DNA of 59,172 nucleotides, counting the filler. It is 4 parts of 4 records of this genome, joined end to end, with 100 filler letters (N's around TTAATTAATTAA, not from the genome) between each part and the next. Parts side by side here need not be neighbours in the genome. Positions count along the whole stretch, not along the records: positions 12,985 to 32,434 come from SRR2962707_936; 3 more parts are not named here. One strand, given 5' to 3'. Both the position numbers and the translations under genes were made by a program. This document shows, in pieces, positions 20,526-30,917 of the stretch. Positions within the stretch are counted from its first letter, which is position 1. Each line of letters opens with the position of its first letter. Below the pieces are notes generated by a model. It was not told the DNA's origin and searched no databases. It saw only the letters and a program-made list of their open reading frames with translations.

Positions 20526-21155
20526 ATGTCTTACAGCTATGAAATGGATGGCGCGGCCATCTACAAACAATCCTTTGCCATGATCCGCGCCGAGGCCGAT
20601 CTGGACGCGTTTTCACCCCAAGAAGAACCCATCGTCGTGCGCATGATCCATGCCTGCGGGATGGTCGGGCTGGAAAAACACGTGCGCCTGTCGCCGGGTT
20701 TTGCCGATGCGGCGCGGGCGGCTTTGGCGAATGGCGCACCGATCCTGTGCGATGCGCGCATGGTGTCCGAAGGGGTGACCCGCACGCGCCTTCCTGCGGA
20801 TAATCAGGTGATTTGCACGCTGCATGACAGTGCCGTGAAAGATATGGCAGCGCAGATGGGCAACACCCGCTCTGCTGCCGCGCTTGAACTGTGGCGGCCC
20901 CATCTGGCGGGTGCGCTGGTCGCAATCGGGAACGCGCCCACCGCGCTGTTTCATCTGCTGAACATGCTCGAAGACCCCGATTGCCCGCGTCCGGCGGCGA
21001 TCATCGGCTGTCCTGTCGGCTTTGTCGGCGCGCGTGAAAGCAAGGATGCCCTGTGGGCGGATCAACCCGTGCCCAGCTGCATTGTCGAAGGGCGTTTGGG
21101 TGGCAGCGCCATCACCGTCGCAGCGGTCAATGCAATCGCGAGCTATGCCGAATGA
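20526..21155 (+). CDS. cobH: Precorrin-8X methylmutase
   Basis: IYKQSFAMIRAE, RMIHACG, TRSAAA, IGNAPTAL, PVGFVGA, GRLGGS. Confidence 0.95.
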   Translation: MSYSYEMDGAAIYKQSFAMIRAEADLDAFSPQEEPIVVRMIHACGMVGLEKHVRLSPGFADAARAALANGAPILCDARMVSEGVTRTRLPADNQVICTLHDSAVKDMAAQMGNTRSAAALELWRPHLAGALVAIGNAPTALFHLLNMLEDPDCPRPAAIIGCPVGFVGARESKDALWADQPVPSCIVEGRLGGSAITVAAVNAIASYAE

Positions 21156-21880
21156 GCGTCGGCACGGTTCATGGTGTCGGCCTTGGCCCCGGCGATCCGG
21201 ATCTGATGAGCCTGCGCGCCCATCGTTTGCTGACTGGCGCGCGTCATGTCGCGTTTTTCCGCAAGGCCGGGCGCGACGGGCAGGCGCGCAAGATCATCGA
21301 GGGGCTGCTGCGTCCTGACGTGGTCGAATTCGCGATGGAATATCCCGTTACCACCGAAATCCCCCTGACCGACCCGCGCTATAATGAAATCCTCTCCGGC
21401 TTTTATGCTGACTGCGCCGCGCATCTGCGTGGGCTGGCAGAGGGCGGCGAAGATGTTGTGGTGCTCAGCGAGGGCGACCCGTTCTTTTATGGATCGTTCA
21501 TGCATGTCTATACGCGTTTGCGCGATCACGTGCCGGTTCAGGTCGTGCCTGCCATCACCGGTATGTCTGCCGCGTGGACAGCCACCGGCGCGCCGATCAC
21601 GTGGGGCGATGATATCCTGACCGTGCTGATGGGTACCTTGAACGCGCAAGAGCTGACAGCGCGGATGAAGACCACCGATGCGCTGGTGGTGATGAAAATC
21701 GGACGTAACATCGACAAGGTCCGCGATGCGCTAAAGGCGGCGGGCAAATATGACGATGCGTGGCTGGTCGAATATGCCAGCATGCCGGGCCAGACCGTGC
21801 AGCGCCTGTCAGAGGCCGAGGACCGCGTGACGCCGTATTTTTCCATCATTGTCGTGCATGGGCAGGGGCGGCGGCCATGA
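21152..21880 (+). CDS. cobI: Precorrin-2 C20-methyltransferase
   Basis: GVGLGPGDPDLM, YPVTTE, EGDPFFYGSF, PYFS; ATGA overlap with cobH. Confidence 0.93.
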   Translation: MSVGTVHGVGLGPGDPDLMSLRAHRLLTGARHVAFFRKAGRDGQARKIIEGLLRPDVVEFAMEYPVTTEIPLTDPRYNEILSGFYADCAAHLRGLAEGGEDVVVLSEGDPFFYGSFMHVYTRLRDHVPVQVVPAITGMSAAWTATGAPITWGDDILTVLMGTLNAQELTARMKTTDALVVMKIGRNIDKVRDALKAAGKYDDAWLVEYASMPGQTVQRLSEAEDRVTPYFSIIVVHGQGRRP

Positions 21881-22629
21881 CGGGTTGGGTCAAAATCGTC
21901 GGGCTTGGCCCCGGAGCGGATGATCTGGTCACCCCGCAGGTGGCGGATGCCTTGGCCCAAGCCACGGATGTGATCGGCTATATTCCTTATGTCGCGCGTG
22001 TCGCAGCGCGCCCCGGCCTGACCCTGCACCCCAGTGATAACCGGGTTGAGCTGGACAGGGCGGCCCACGCATTGACGTTGGCAGCAAATGGGCAGCGCGT
22101 TGTCGTGGTGTCATCTGGTGATCCGGGCGTTTTCGCCATGGCCTCGGCCGTTTTTGAGGCGCTTGAGGACGGGCCAGCTGAATGGCGTGAGCAAAAAATC
22201 GATGTGTTGCCGGGGATCACGGCAATGCTTGCCGCCGCGGCGCGTGCGGGCGCGCCCTTGGGGCACGATTTCTGCGCCATCAACCTAAGTGATAACCTCA
22301 AGCCGTGGGAGTTGATCGAAAAACGTCTGCGTTTGGCGGTCGAGGGCGATTTCGCCATGGCGTTTTACAACCCACGGTCAAAATCGCGGCCCGATGGCTT
22401 TGTCCGGACGCTAGAGGTGTTGAACGAGGCCTGCGGCGATGCGCGGCCCATCATCTTTGCGCGGGCGGTGTCGACACCGGATGAAAATATTCGCGTTGTG
22501 GCGTTGCCCGATGCCCGGCCTGAAATGGCCGATATGCGCACAGTTGTTATTGTTGGTGCATCAAACACGCGGGTGATTGAAGGGGCGGATGGCCCCATCG
22601 TTTATACCCCCAGATCGGTCTTGCCATGA
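21877..22629 (+). CDS. cobJ: Precorrin-3B C17-methyltransferase
   Basis: VGLGPG, SSGDPGVFAMA, GAPLGHDFCAINLSDNLKPW, YNPRS, ADMRT, YTPR. Confidence 0.95.
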   Translation: MTGWVKIVGLGPGADDLVTPQVADALAQATDVIGYIPYVARVAARPGLTLHPSDNRVELDRAAHALTLAANGQRVVVVSSGDPGVFAMASAVFEALEDGPAEWREQKIDVLPGITAMLAAAARAGAPLGHDFCAINLSDNLKPWELIEKRLRLAVEGDFAMAFYNPRSKSRPDGFVRTLEVLNEACGDARPIIFARAVSTPDENIRVVALPDARPEMADMRTVVIVGASNTRVIEGADGPIVYTPRSVLP

Positions 22630-23357
22630 TTGATCCAGTCCAGAACCGCAGCCACATCATGGGCCTCGTGGCGGCTGGGCAATGCGGGTCGGTCGATCAT
22701 GATCACAGGGATTCCAAGGGTACGGGCGGCCAACAGCTTGGCCTGCGCGCCGGTACCACCAGAGTTTTTGGAAACCGCACGGGTGATGCCGTGACTACGC
22801 ATCAGCGCAAGATCACCCTCGGCGGTGAACGGCCCGCGATCCAGCACGATCTTATGATCGGGAAAGGGCAACGCTCCATCGGGCGCATCAATCAGCCGCA
22901 GCAGATAGAAATGCTGCGGGTTGGGGGCAAATTCAGCCAGATGCATCCGGCCGACGGCCAGAAAGATACGCTCGGACGGCCCGTTCAGCGCGGCAACGGC
23001 ACCTTTGATGTCGGGCACATGGGTCCAGTTGTCTTGTGCAGTTGCCTGCCACGGCGCGCGGGTCAGCGCGATCAGCGGTGTGCCGGTTTGCGCGCTGGCG
23101 ATAACGGCGTTGTGGCTCATTTGCGCGGCAAAGGGATGCGTCGCGTCAATCACGTGGGTGATGTCATGGTCGCGGATGTACCGCGCCAGCCCTTCAGCGC
23201 CGCCAAACCCGCCAGAGCGTTGCGGCAGCGGTTGGCGGATTGGTCTGGCAACACGGCCCGCCAGCGACACGGTGCCGGACAGCCCGGCGCGGTGCATTGC
23301 GTTACACAGGGCTGTGGCCTCGGTCGTGCCGCCCAGGATCAGGGGGTTGATGTGCAT
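22602..23357 (-). CDS. cobK: Precorrin-6A reductase
   Basis: LILGGTTEA, GGFGGAEGL, IDATHPFA, RGPF, SKNSGG, IDRP. Confidence 0.95.
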   Translation of the reverse strand: MHINPLILGGTTEATALCNAMHRAGLSGTVSLAGRVARPIRQPLPQRSGGFGGAEGLARYIRDHDITHVIDATHPFAAQMSHNAVIASAQTGTPLIALTRAPWQATAQDNWTHVPDIKGAVAALNGPSERIFLAVGRMHLAEFAPNPQHFYLLRLIDAPDGALPFPDHKIVLDRGPFTAEGDLALMRSHGITRAVSKNSGGTGAQAKLLAARTLGIPVIMIDRPALPSRHEAHDVAAVLDWINHGKTDLGV

Positions 23358-24555
23358 GGCTGACTCGCTTTGGTTGACCATCATTGGACTGGGCGAAGAT
23401 GGCGCAGATGGCCTTGGCTCTGCAAGCCTTGCGGCGTTGGCAGGGGCAGAAATCGTCATGGGGGCGGCGCGTCATCTGGATTTGCTGCCCGAGGTGCAAG
23501 CTGAACGGATCGTTTGGCCGGTGCCCTTTGCCGAGGGGATTGACCAATTGCTGGCGCTGCGCGGTCGGCGGGTAGTGATGCTGGCGTCGGGTGATCCGTT
23601 CTGGTTCGGTGCGGGCAGTAGCATGATGCGCCACCTTGGCCTGGAAGAATGGCGTGCCTTGCCGGGCATATCGACGTTTTCACTGGCGGCAAGCGCGATG
23701 GGTTGGCCGCTTGAGACCACGACATGTTTCGGCCTGCATGCCGCCCCTCTGACCCGGCTTCGTCCGGCCCTTGCCCAAGACGTGCGCCTGATCGTGCTGC
23801 TGCGCGATGGGGCTGCGGTTACGGCGCTGGGCGATTACCTGACAACACAGGGTTGGGGCGCTTCAAATGTTAGCGTTCTTGAGGCGCTGGGCGGACCGCG
23901 CGCGCGTCGCAGTGATCTGACCGCAGCCGATTTGGACGGCGCGGAATTCGGGCATCCTGTCTGCGCCGCTGTGCATGTTTCGGGCGATGGTGTTCCGCTG
24001 CCGCTTGCCAGTGGCCGACCGGATGAATTCTTTGACAGTGATGGCACCATGACGAAACGCCCCGTGCGCGCGCTGACCTTGTCGGCGCTGGCACCGCGCC
24101 CGTTTCAACATCTGTGGGACATTGGCAGTGGGTCCGGTTCGATCGCTATCGAATGGCTGCTGAGCGACCCAAGCCTAAGCGCCACAGCGATCGAGCTAGA
24201 CCCCACCCGCGCCGCGCGGATTGTGTCAAACGCTGCCGCGCTTGGTGTGGACCGCCTGACCGTGGTCGAAGGTGCTGCGCCGGATGTTTTGGCACCCCTT
24301 CCGATGCCCGACACGGTTTTTGTCGGCGGCGGGCTGTCGGCGTCGCTGCTGGATTGGATTTACGATAATGTACCAATCGGCACGCGGCTGGTGGCAAATG
24401 CGGTGACGCTGGAAAGCGAAACGCTGTTGATGCAGGCGCAATCGGCCCGTGGTGGTGATCTGCTGCGCATTGAGCTGGCCCAAGCGGCACCGCTGGGCAC
24501 AAGGCGCGGCTGGAAATCCAGCTACCCCATCGTGCAATGGAGCGTGATATTATGA
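23356..24555 (+). CDS. cobL: Precorrin-6Y C5,15-methyltransferase (decarboxylating), CbiE-CbiT fusion
   Basis: LTIIGLGEDG, LASGDPFWFG, DGTMTKRPVR, WDIGSGSGSI, FVGGG, NAVTLE. Confidence 0.93.
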   Translation: MADSLWLTIIGLGEDGADGLGSASLAALAGAEIVMGAARHLDLLPEVQAERIVWPVPFAEGIDQLLALRGRRVVMLASGDPFWFGAGSSMMRHLGLEEWRALPGISTFSLAASAMGWPLETTTCFGLHAAPLTRLRPALAQDVRLIVLLRDGAAVTALGDYLTTQGWGASNVSVLEALGGPRARRSDLTAADLDGAEFGHPVCAAVHVSGDGVPLPLASGRPDEFFDSDGTMTKRPVRALTLSALAPRPFQHLWDIGSGSGSIAIEWLLSDPSLSATAIELDPTRAARIVSNAAALGVDRLTVVEGAAPDVLAPLPMPDTVFVGGGLSASLLDWIYDNVPIGTRLVANAVTLESETLLMQAQSARGGDLLRIELAQAAPLGTRRGWKSSYPIVQWSVIL

Positions 24556-24914
24556 TCGTTGCAGGTTTCGGATTTCGCAAATCGGCTGACATGACCAGCC
24601 TGCGCAGTGCCCTTGCGCTGTATGATGTAGCGCCCGATCTGATTGCCACGGCTGCGGCGAAAGCCGACGATAAACCCTTTACCGATCTGGCGCGGGCGCT
24701 TGGCGTGCCTGCCGATGCCGTGCCGCCTGAACGACTGACCACGCAACCGGTGCTGACCCGCTCGGCGGCATCACAGAAAACCTATGGCACCGGCAGCGTC
24801 GCCGAAGCGGCGGCCCTTGCGGCGGCCGGACCGGGCGCACGTTTGCTAGGCACCCGCTTGATTTCACCTGACACGTTGGCAACCTGCGCCATCGCTATTG
24901 GAGACCCAATATGA
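24552..24914 (+). CDS. cobE: Cobalamin biosynthesis protein CobE (CbiG C-terminal-like)
   Basis: [12 protein letters not shown]...[21 protein letters not shown]. Confidence 0.88.
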   Translation: MIVAGFGFRKSADMTSLRSALALYDVAPDLIATAAAKADDKPFTDLARALGVPADAVPPERLTTQPVLTRSAASQKTYGTGSVAEAAALAAAGPGARLLGTRLISPDTLATCAIAIGDPI

Positions 24915-25705
24915 CCATTCATTTCATCGGCGCTGGACCCGGCGCACCCGATCTGTTGACCCTGCGCGGGCGCGATATCATCGCATCCTGCCCTGTGTGC
25001 CTTTATGCCGGATCGCTGGTGCCCGAGGCGATTTTGGATCATTGCCCCGAGGGCGCGACGATCATTAACACTGCATCGTTGGATCTGGATGCGATTGTCG
25101 CGCATATGCAAACCGCCCATGCCGCTGGGCGGGATGTGGCGCGGCTGCATTCGGGGGATTTGTCTGTTTGGTCTGCCATGGGCGAACAGATGCGCCGTTT
25201 GCGCGCGCTGGACATTCCGGTTTCCGTAACACCGGGTGTACCGTCCTTTGCCGCTGCTGCGGCGGCTCTTGGTACCGAATTGACCCTGCCGGGGTTGGCG
25301 CAATCTGTTGTGCTGACCCGCACACCGGGCCGTGCATCAAGCATGCCCAAGGGTGAAACGCTGACCAATTTCGCAGCAACGGGTGCGACGCTGGCCATTC
25401 ATCTTTCGGTGCAAAATATCGCGTCTGTTACCGCTGATCTGACCCCGGCCTATGGCGCGGATTGCCCGGTCGCCGTGGTCTACCGCGCAAGCTGGCCGGA
25501 TCAGCAGATTATTCGTGGTACGCTTGCTGATATCGGTGGGCGGCTTGGCGCGGATATTACCCGCACGGCATTGATCCTTGTCGGGCCTGCGCTGGCGGGC
25601 GAAGGGTTCGACGAAAGCTGTCTGTACTCGGTGGATTATGACCGGCGCTATCGCCCGCAAACAGCCGATAGCCCTTGGGCAGGATGGAGCGAAGGTGATG
25701 ACTGA
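24911..25705 (+). CDS. cobM: Precorrin-4 C11-methyltransferase
   Basis: [47 protein letters not shown]. Confidence 0.95.
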   Translation: MTIHFIGAGPGAPDLLTLRGRDIIASCPVCLYAGSLVPEAILDHCPEGATIINTASLDLDAIVAHMQTAHAAGRDVARLHSGDLSVWSAMGEQMRRLRALDIPVSVTPGVPSFAAAAAALGTELTLPGLAQSVVLTRTPGRASSMPKGETLTNFAATGATLAIHLSVQNIASVTADLTPAYGADCPVAVVYRASWPDQQIIRGTLADIGGRLGADITRTALILVGPALAGEGFDESCLYSVDYDRRYRPQTADSPWAGWSEGDD

Positions 25706-27032
25706 TATCGCGGGTTTCCCGCCTGGCCTGATGATATCGGCCCCTTCTTCGGGAACGGGAAAAACAACGGTGATGCTGGGCCTTTTGCGCGCCTTGTCCG
25801 AGGACGGGCTGACTGTGCAGCCCTATAAATCGGGTCCCGATTACATCGACCCCGCGTTCCACCGCGCCGCCTGCGGGCGGGCGTCGTTCAATATGGACAC
25901 ATGGGCCATGGGGCCGAATTTGCTGGGTGCGGTTGCGGCGCAAGCCCAAGGTGCCGATATCTGCGTCGCCGAAGGGTCCATGGGCCTGTATGACGGTGTC
26001 GCGACGCGCGGTCAGATCGGATTTGGCAGCAGTTCCGAAACCGCCGCGCGCATGGGTTGGCCTGTTATTCTGGTGGTTGACGTCAGCGGGCAGGCACAGT
26101 CGGCGGCGGCAACGGCATTGGGATTCAAGACCTATATGCCCGATCTGCCCTTTGCTGGTGTGATTTTGAACAGGGTCGCATCGCCACGCCACGAACGGTT
26201 GGCGCGCCTAGGGATGGAGAAAGCAGGCCTGACGGTACTGGGCGCTTTGCCCCGGCGTGGCGATCTTGCCCTGCCCGAACGCCATCTGGGTTTGATCCAG
26301 GCGGTCGAACATCCCGACCTTGAAGAAGCGATCAAAGGTTACGCCAATTTCCTGCGCGACCATATCGATTTGGCAGCGATCCGTGCTGCGGCTGCTGGCA
26401 AACCGGGGCAGGCGGGCGCGTTCAATCTGCCCAAACCGCCGGCGCAACGCATTGCATTGGCACAAGATGCGGCGTTCTCGTTTACCTATCCGCATCTGCT
26501 GGAAGGCTGGCGCGCTGCGGGTGCCGAGATATTGCCATTCTCGCCCTTGGCGGACGAAGCCCCTGATGCCAGTGCTGATCTGGTCTGGCTGCCGGGCGGG
26601 TACCCCGAATTGCACGCCGGACGCCTGGCAAGCGCCGACCGTTTCCGTGCGGGATTGATAAAGCACGCGCAAGACCGCCCCATTCATGGTGAATGCGGTG
26701 GATACATGGCGCTTGGCGCTGCGTTGATCGACAAAGACGGGGTATCGCACCAGATGGCCGGGCTTTTGGGGCTGGTGACCAGCTATGAAAAGCGCAAGTT
26801 CCACTTGGGTTACCGGCGCGTTGAACTTGTTGCCGGGATGCCGGGCTTTGACACAGGTGACAAGCTGTTCGGTCATGAATTCCACTATTCGACGATCCTT
26901 GAACAACCCGATGCGCCGCTGGCCAAAGTGTCGGATGCCGATGGTAACCCTGTGCCGGAAACCGGATCGCAGAACGGGCATGTAACGGGCACGTTTTTCC
27001 ACCTGATTACGCCACAAGAGGCCTCAACATGA
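25698..27032 (+). CDS. cobB: Hydrogenobyrinate/cobyrinate a,c-diamide synthase
   Basis: [49 protein letters not shown]. Confidence 0.95.
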   Translation: MTDIAGFPPGLMISAPSSGTGKTTVMLGLLRALSEDGLTVQPYKSGPDYIDPAFHRAACGRASFNMDTWAMGPNLLGAVAAQAQGADICVAEGSMGLYDGVATRGQIGFGSSSETAARMGWPVILVVDVSGQAQSAAATALGFKTYMPDLPFAGVILNRVASPRHERLARLGMEKAGLTVLGALPRRGDLALPERHLGLIQAVEHPDLEEAIKGYANFLRDHIDLAAIRAAAAGKPGQAGAFNLPKPPAQRIALAQDAAFSFTYPHLLEGWRAAGAEILPFSPLADEAPDASADLVWLPGGYPELHAGRLASADRFRAGLIKHAQDRPIHGECGGYMALGAALIDKDGVSHQMAGLLGLVTSYEKRKFHLGYRRVELVAGMPGFDTGDKLFGHEFHYSTILEQPDAPLAKVSDADGNPVPETGSQNGHVTGTFFHLITPQEAST

Positions 27033-27754
27033 CCGGATTTGTCAGCTTTGTCGGATCGGGTCCGGGGGATCCTGAGCTGTTGACGTTAAAGGCCGTTGAC
27101 CGGTTGAAACGCGCCGACGCTGTTTTGTTCGATGACCTAAGCGCCGGGCCGATCCTTGAATATGCGCGCAACGGCGCAGATCTGATCGGTGTGGGCAAAC
27201 GCGCCGGGCGGGCATCGCCCAAGCAGGATCACGTTAGCCGTCTTTTGGTGGATTACGCGCAAATCGACCAACGGGTTGTGCGGCTGAAATCCGGCGATGG
27301 CGGGCTGTTTGGCCGCCTTGAGGAAGAGCTGGTCGCGTTGAGGGCCGCTGGCATTCCTTACGAGATTATCCCGGGCATTCCGTCGGCGGTCGCGGCTGCG
27401 GCGGCCATCGGCATCCCACTGACCCGCCGGTTGACTGCGCGTCGGGTGCAGTTCGTGACGGGCCACGATGTGACAGGCAAATTGCCGGGGGATGTGAACC
27501 TGCTGGCGCTTGCCGATCCTGCCGCATCAACGGTTGTCTTTATGGGCAAACGCACGTTTCCGGCCCTATTGGAAAAGCTGCTGGTCCATGGGTTGCCCGC
27601 CGATACCCCTGCCATTCTGGCCGAGGACGTCAGCCGCCCCGAACAGCGCATCACACGGGCGACGGTCAGCGATCTGGCCGAGCAATTGGCGCTTGAGGTC
27701 GGTGATAGCGCGGCATTGATCCTATACGGCCCCTTGGCGCACGAACTGCCATGA
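27029..27754 (+). CDS. cobA: Uroporphyrinogen-III C-methyltransferase
   Basis: VGSGPGDPELLTLKA, VGKRAG, RLKSGD, IPLTRR, FVTGH. Confidence 0.92.
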   Translation: MTGFVSFVGSGPGDPELLTLKAVDRLKRADAVLFDDLSAGPILEYARNGADLIGVGKRAGRASPKQDHVSRLLVDYAQIDQRVVRLKSGDGGLFGRLEEELVALRAAGIPYEIIPGIPSAVAAAAAIGIPLTRRLTARRVQFVTGHDVTGKLPGDVNLLALADPAASTVVFMGKRTFPALLEKLLVHGLPADTPAILAEDVSRPEQRITRATVSDLAEQLALEVGDSAALILYGPLAHELP

Positions 27755-28524
27755 CCGCCGCACCGCACCATACAATCGAAGACCTTTGGCTGATTGGTAT
27801 CGGCACGGGCAGCCCCGCCCATGTCACTGGCGAAGGCATGCAGGCGTTGCGCGATGCGGCGGTGATCCTTGTCCCCGACAAGGGGGATGACAAGGGCGAT
27901 CTGTTGGCCCTGCGCCACGGCATTTTGACGCAAAGCGGCACAGCAGCACAGATCATCCCGTTTGAATATCCGGTGCGCGATCCGGCGTTGCCCTATCAGG
28001 ATCGCGTCGCACAGTGGCACGACGAAATCGCGCGCCGTTGGCAGGCGGCCATGGCCAAGGCAGATCGCGCAGGGCCGGTGGCGTTGTTGGTGTGGGGCGA
28101 TCCGTCGCTTTATGACAGCACCCTGCGCATTGCGGGCAGGCTTGCCCCGTCGCCGCGTTTGCGCGTTGTGCCCGGTATCACCGCCATTCAGGCGCTGACA
28201 GCGGCGCATGCCTTGCCGCTGAACACGGTCAACGGCCCGGTAACGATCACCACGGGGCGCCGCCTGAGAGACCACGGATGGCCCGAGGGGGCCGAAACAG
28301 TGGTTGTGATGCTGGACGGCGATTGTACCTTTCGGGATTTGCCAGCGGACACATTGATCTGGTGGGGGGCTTTTCTGGGTATGCCTGAACAAATTCTGGA
28401 TCACGGCAGTATCGGCGATGTGGCAGATCGGATTGTCCAGACAAGGGCCGACGCCCGCGCGCAGCATGGCTGGATCATGGATACCTATCTTTTGCGCGCC
28501 GGGCCCGAGGGGCACAGGGAATAG
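27751..28524 (+). CDS. cobF: Precorrin-6A synthase (deacetylating)
   Basis: LIGIGTGSP, LVWGDPSLYDSTLR, ITTGRRL, VVMLD, WGAFLG, HGWIMDTYLLR. Confidence 0.95.
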   Translation: MTAAPHHTIEDLWLIGIGTGSPAHVTGEGMQALRDAAVILVPDKGDDKGDLLALRHGILTQSGTAAQIIPFEYPVRDPALPYQDRVAQWHDEIARRWQAAMAKADRAGPVALLVWGDPSLYDSTLRIAGRLAPSPRLRVVPGITAIQALTAAHALPLNTVNGPVTITTGRRLRDHGWPEGAETVVVMLDGDCTFRDLPADTLIWWGAFLGMPEQILDHGSIGDVADRIVQTRADARAQHGWIMDTYLLRAGPEGHRE

Positions 28525-28594
28525 GCCGATGTGCAGATTGCAGCGCCGCATTAATGATTGACGTTGCCCGCACCGATCTGCCAAGACTGAGCTA

Positions 28595-28768
28595 TGACCG
28601 GTCCCGATCTTTTTCGGGCGAAAGAGGGAATGTAGTGCGGCGCATCTGCGTCAAATCTACAGCTGCCCCCGCAACTGTCAGCGGCGAGCAGGGCCAAATA
28701 CGTCACTGGAGCAATCCGGGAAGGCTGGCCCAACGCATTGACCCGCAAGCCAGGAGACCTGCCGGACA
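28595..28768 (+). ncRNA. Cobalamin (B12) riboswitch
   Basis: AAGAGGGAA, CTGCCCCCGCAACTGT, GTCACTG...CCGGGAAGGC, B12 box AAGCCAGGAGACCTGCC; TTGACG -35-like hexamer at 28558-28563. Confidence 0.95.
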
Positions 28769-28922
28769 CGCACCCCATGGTAAACGGGGTGCATCCACTG
28801 GGCGCCGGGGTGTGCGTTTGGCCGTGGCAACCGCGCGCCAATTGAGTGTGTCGTCCCGGTCCAACCATATCCTTGCGGTCGAATTTATACGCGCCGGGTG
28901 TGGCGCCAAGATGAGACGACTG

Positions 28923-29708
28923 ATGAAAAAATTACTGCTCGCCAGCGCCGTTGTGCTGACACTGCCTGCGATGGCCTCTGGCCATTTCTTGTTGGAATAT
29001 ACCACTGATACCATGATCGACCGGCCGGGTGATGTGCCGGTCAAGCTGATCTTTTGGCATCCGATGGACAACAGCCATGTGATGGATCTGGAACGTCCGC
29101 TGGAATTCTACATGATTCACAACGGTGACAAAACCGATCTGATGGATAGTCTGGAGCCAGTGCAATTCACCGGCGGTCAAAATACGGGGGCGGCGTTCAA
29201 GGGTCACGTGCCTGTTAAACGGTCGGGTGACTATGTTCTGGTCACAGTGCCCACGCCTTACTACGAAGAATCCGAGGATATTTATATCCAGCAGATCACC
29301 AAGGCATTCCTGAACCGCAATCAACTGCCGACCGACTGGATGAATCCGGTTGGCCTGCCCACGGAAATTGTACCGCTCAACAAGCCCTATAACATCATCG
29401 CCGGATCAACGTTTACCGGACAAGTATTGGCCGATGGTCAGCCCGTTTCGGGTGCCGAGATCGAGATCGAATATATGGCGGCAGAGCCGGACATAAACAG
29501 CGCATCGTCCAGCACGCCCGTTGTCAGCGCCATGCCCGGTGGGGCGATTGTCGCGATATCGGATATGAACGGTTATTTCTCGTTTGGGGTGCCACGGGCC
29601 GGCTATTGGGGTTTTGCCGCGCTTGGGTCTGGACCCGTCACAGAACATGCAGGTAAGGACCTGAGCCAAGACGCCGTGATCTGGATCCGCGCGTGGGACA
29701 TGGAGTGA
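28923..29708 (+). CDS. DUF4198 periplasmic protein (NikK-like metal uptake component)
   Basis: Signal peptide MKKLLLASAVVL...ASG-HF, FWHP, PYYEESEDIYIQQITK, EIVPL-KPY, GYWGFAAL. Confidence 0.82.
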   Translation: MKKLLLASAVVLTLPAMASGHFLLEYTTDTMIDRPGDVPVKLIFWHPMDNSHVMDLERPLEFYMIHNGDKTDLMDSLEPVQFTGGQNTGAAFKGHVPVKRSGDYVLVTVPTPYYEESEDIYIQQITKAFLNRNQLPTDWMNPVGLPTEIVPLNKPYNIIAGSTFTGQVLADGQPVSGAEIEIEYMAAEPDINSASSSTPVVSAMPGGAIVAISDMNGYFSFGVPRAGYWGFAALGSGPVTEHAGKDLSQDAVIWIRAWDME

Positions 29709-29715
29709 TACGCCG

Positions 29716-30333
29716 ATGCATATCGTAGACGGAGCGCTGTCCAATACTGTTGTGATCGCCGGGGCAGTTGCTGCGGCGGGCGGCATCGCCATGGGTCTGC
29801 GCAGCCTGACGTTGGAACGTATTCCAACGGCGGGCGTGCTGTCCGCCAGCTTTTTCGTGGCGTCGTTGATCTATGTGCCTGTCGGGCCGTCTTCGGTGCA
29901 TCTGATTATGAATGGTCTGGCCGGGATTTTGCTCGGCTGGGCCGCCTTTCCTGCACTGTTTGTCGGGCTTGTCCTTCAGGCGATATTCTTTGGCTTTGGC
30001 GGGCTGACCGTGCTGGGCGTCAACACTGTCAACATTGCCCTTCCGGCGGTTTTGGTGGGCTTGATGCTGCGCAGGCTTGTGGCGTCGGGCACACCGACTG
30101 CGGGGGCGATCTGGGCCGGGATTGGCGGCGCTTTGGCAATTGCGCTGACAACCGGGGTGGTCGCTATTTCGCTGGCGGCCTCGGGCGATGAATTCATTCC
30201 GGCGGCCAAGTTGGTGTTCTTTGCGCATATTCCTGTCATGGTCATCGAAGGGCTGTTGACCGGTTTTGCCATCTTGCTGGCCCGCAAGGTGAAACCGGAA
30301 TTGTTCGAAACCGCGAAAGGAGCAAATGCATGA
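29716..30333 (+). CDS. cbiM: ECF Co/Ni transporter S component CbiM/NikM
   Basis: N-terminal MHIVDG, SVHL, LQAIFFGFGGLTVLGVN, HIPVMVIEG. Confidence 0.92.
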   Translation: MHIVDGALSNTVVIAGAVAAAGGIAMGLRSLTLERIPTAGVLSASFFVASLIYVPVGPSSVHLIMNGLAGILLGWAAFPALFVGLVLQAIFFGFGGLTVLGVNTVNIALPAVLVGLMLRRLVASGTPTAGAIWAGIGGALAIALTTGVVAISLAASGDEFIPAAKLVFFAHIPVMVIEGLLTGFAILLARKVKPELFETAKGANA

Positions 30334-30914
30334 AACGTCTTGTCCTGATCTTGATGCTATGTGCGGCTCCAATCCCTGCGATGGCGCATAAGGTACTGCT
30401 TTCGGTTTTTCCGTCCGGCGATGTTATCGAAGGCGAGATCGGATTTTCAAACGGGGTCATGGCGGTTGATCAACTGGTTACCGTGACTGATCCCGATGGC
30501 GCAGTGCTGGGCGAAACGACGACAGATTCCGACGGTTTTTTCCTGTTCAGGCCGGAATTGCCCGTCACGCATATCTTTCGGGGTGATCTGGGTGCGGGGC
30601 ATGTCGCCGAGGTGACGATGCCCGCCCAAGAGGTCGCGACCATTCTGGGCAAACCCCGGCCAGCCTCGGATACGACAATCACATCTGGTGCCGTTGCACC
30701 GACGAACGGTAACACGACCACCGCATCACTAACCGTCGAGGAACGCGCCGTGATCGCGGCGGCTGTGCGCGATGAAATTCGCCCGCTGCGCCGCGAGATG
30801 GCCGCAACGCGCGAGCATTATGATTTGCAATCCATTCTGGGCGGCATGGGATATATCTTTGGTCTGTTCGGCCTCGGGTTTTATCTGGCGGCACGCCGCA
30901 AGCTGGCGGCTTAG
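30330..30914 (+). CDS. NikL/CbiL-like auxiliary transporter component
   Basis: Signal peptide AMA-HKV, Ig-like TDSDGFF and GAGH, C-terminal PLRRE...ILGGMGYIFGLFG TM helix. Confidence 0.75.
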   Translation: MKRLVLILMLCAAPIPAMAHKVLLSVFPSGDVIEGEIGFSNGVMAVDQLVTVTDPDGAVLGETTTDSDGFFLFRPELPVTHIFRGDLGAGHVAEVTMPAQEVATILGKPRPASDTTITSGAVAPTNGNTTTASLTVEERAVIAAAVRDEIRPLRREMAATREHYDLQSILGGMGYIFGLFGLGFYLAARRKLAA

Positions 30915-30917
30915 GCC

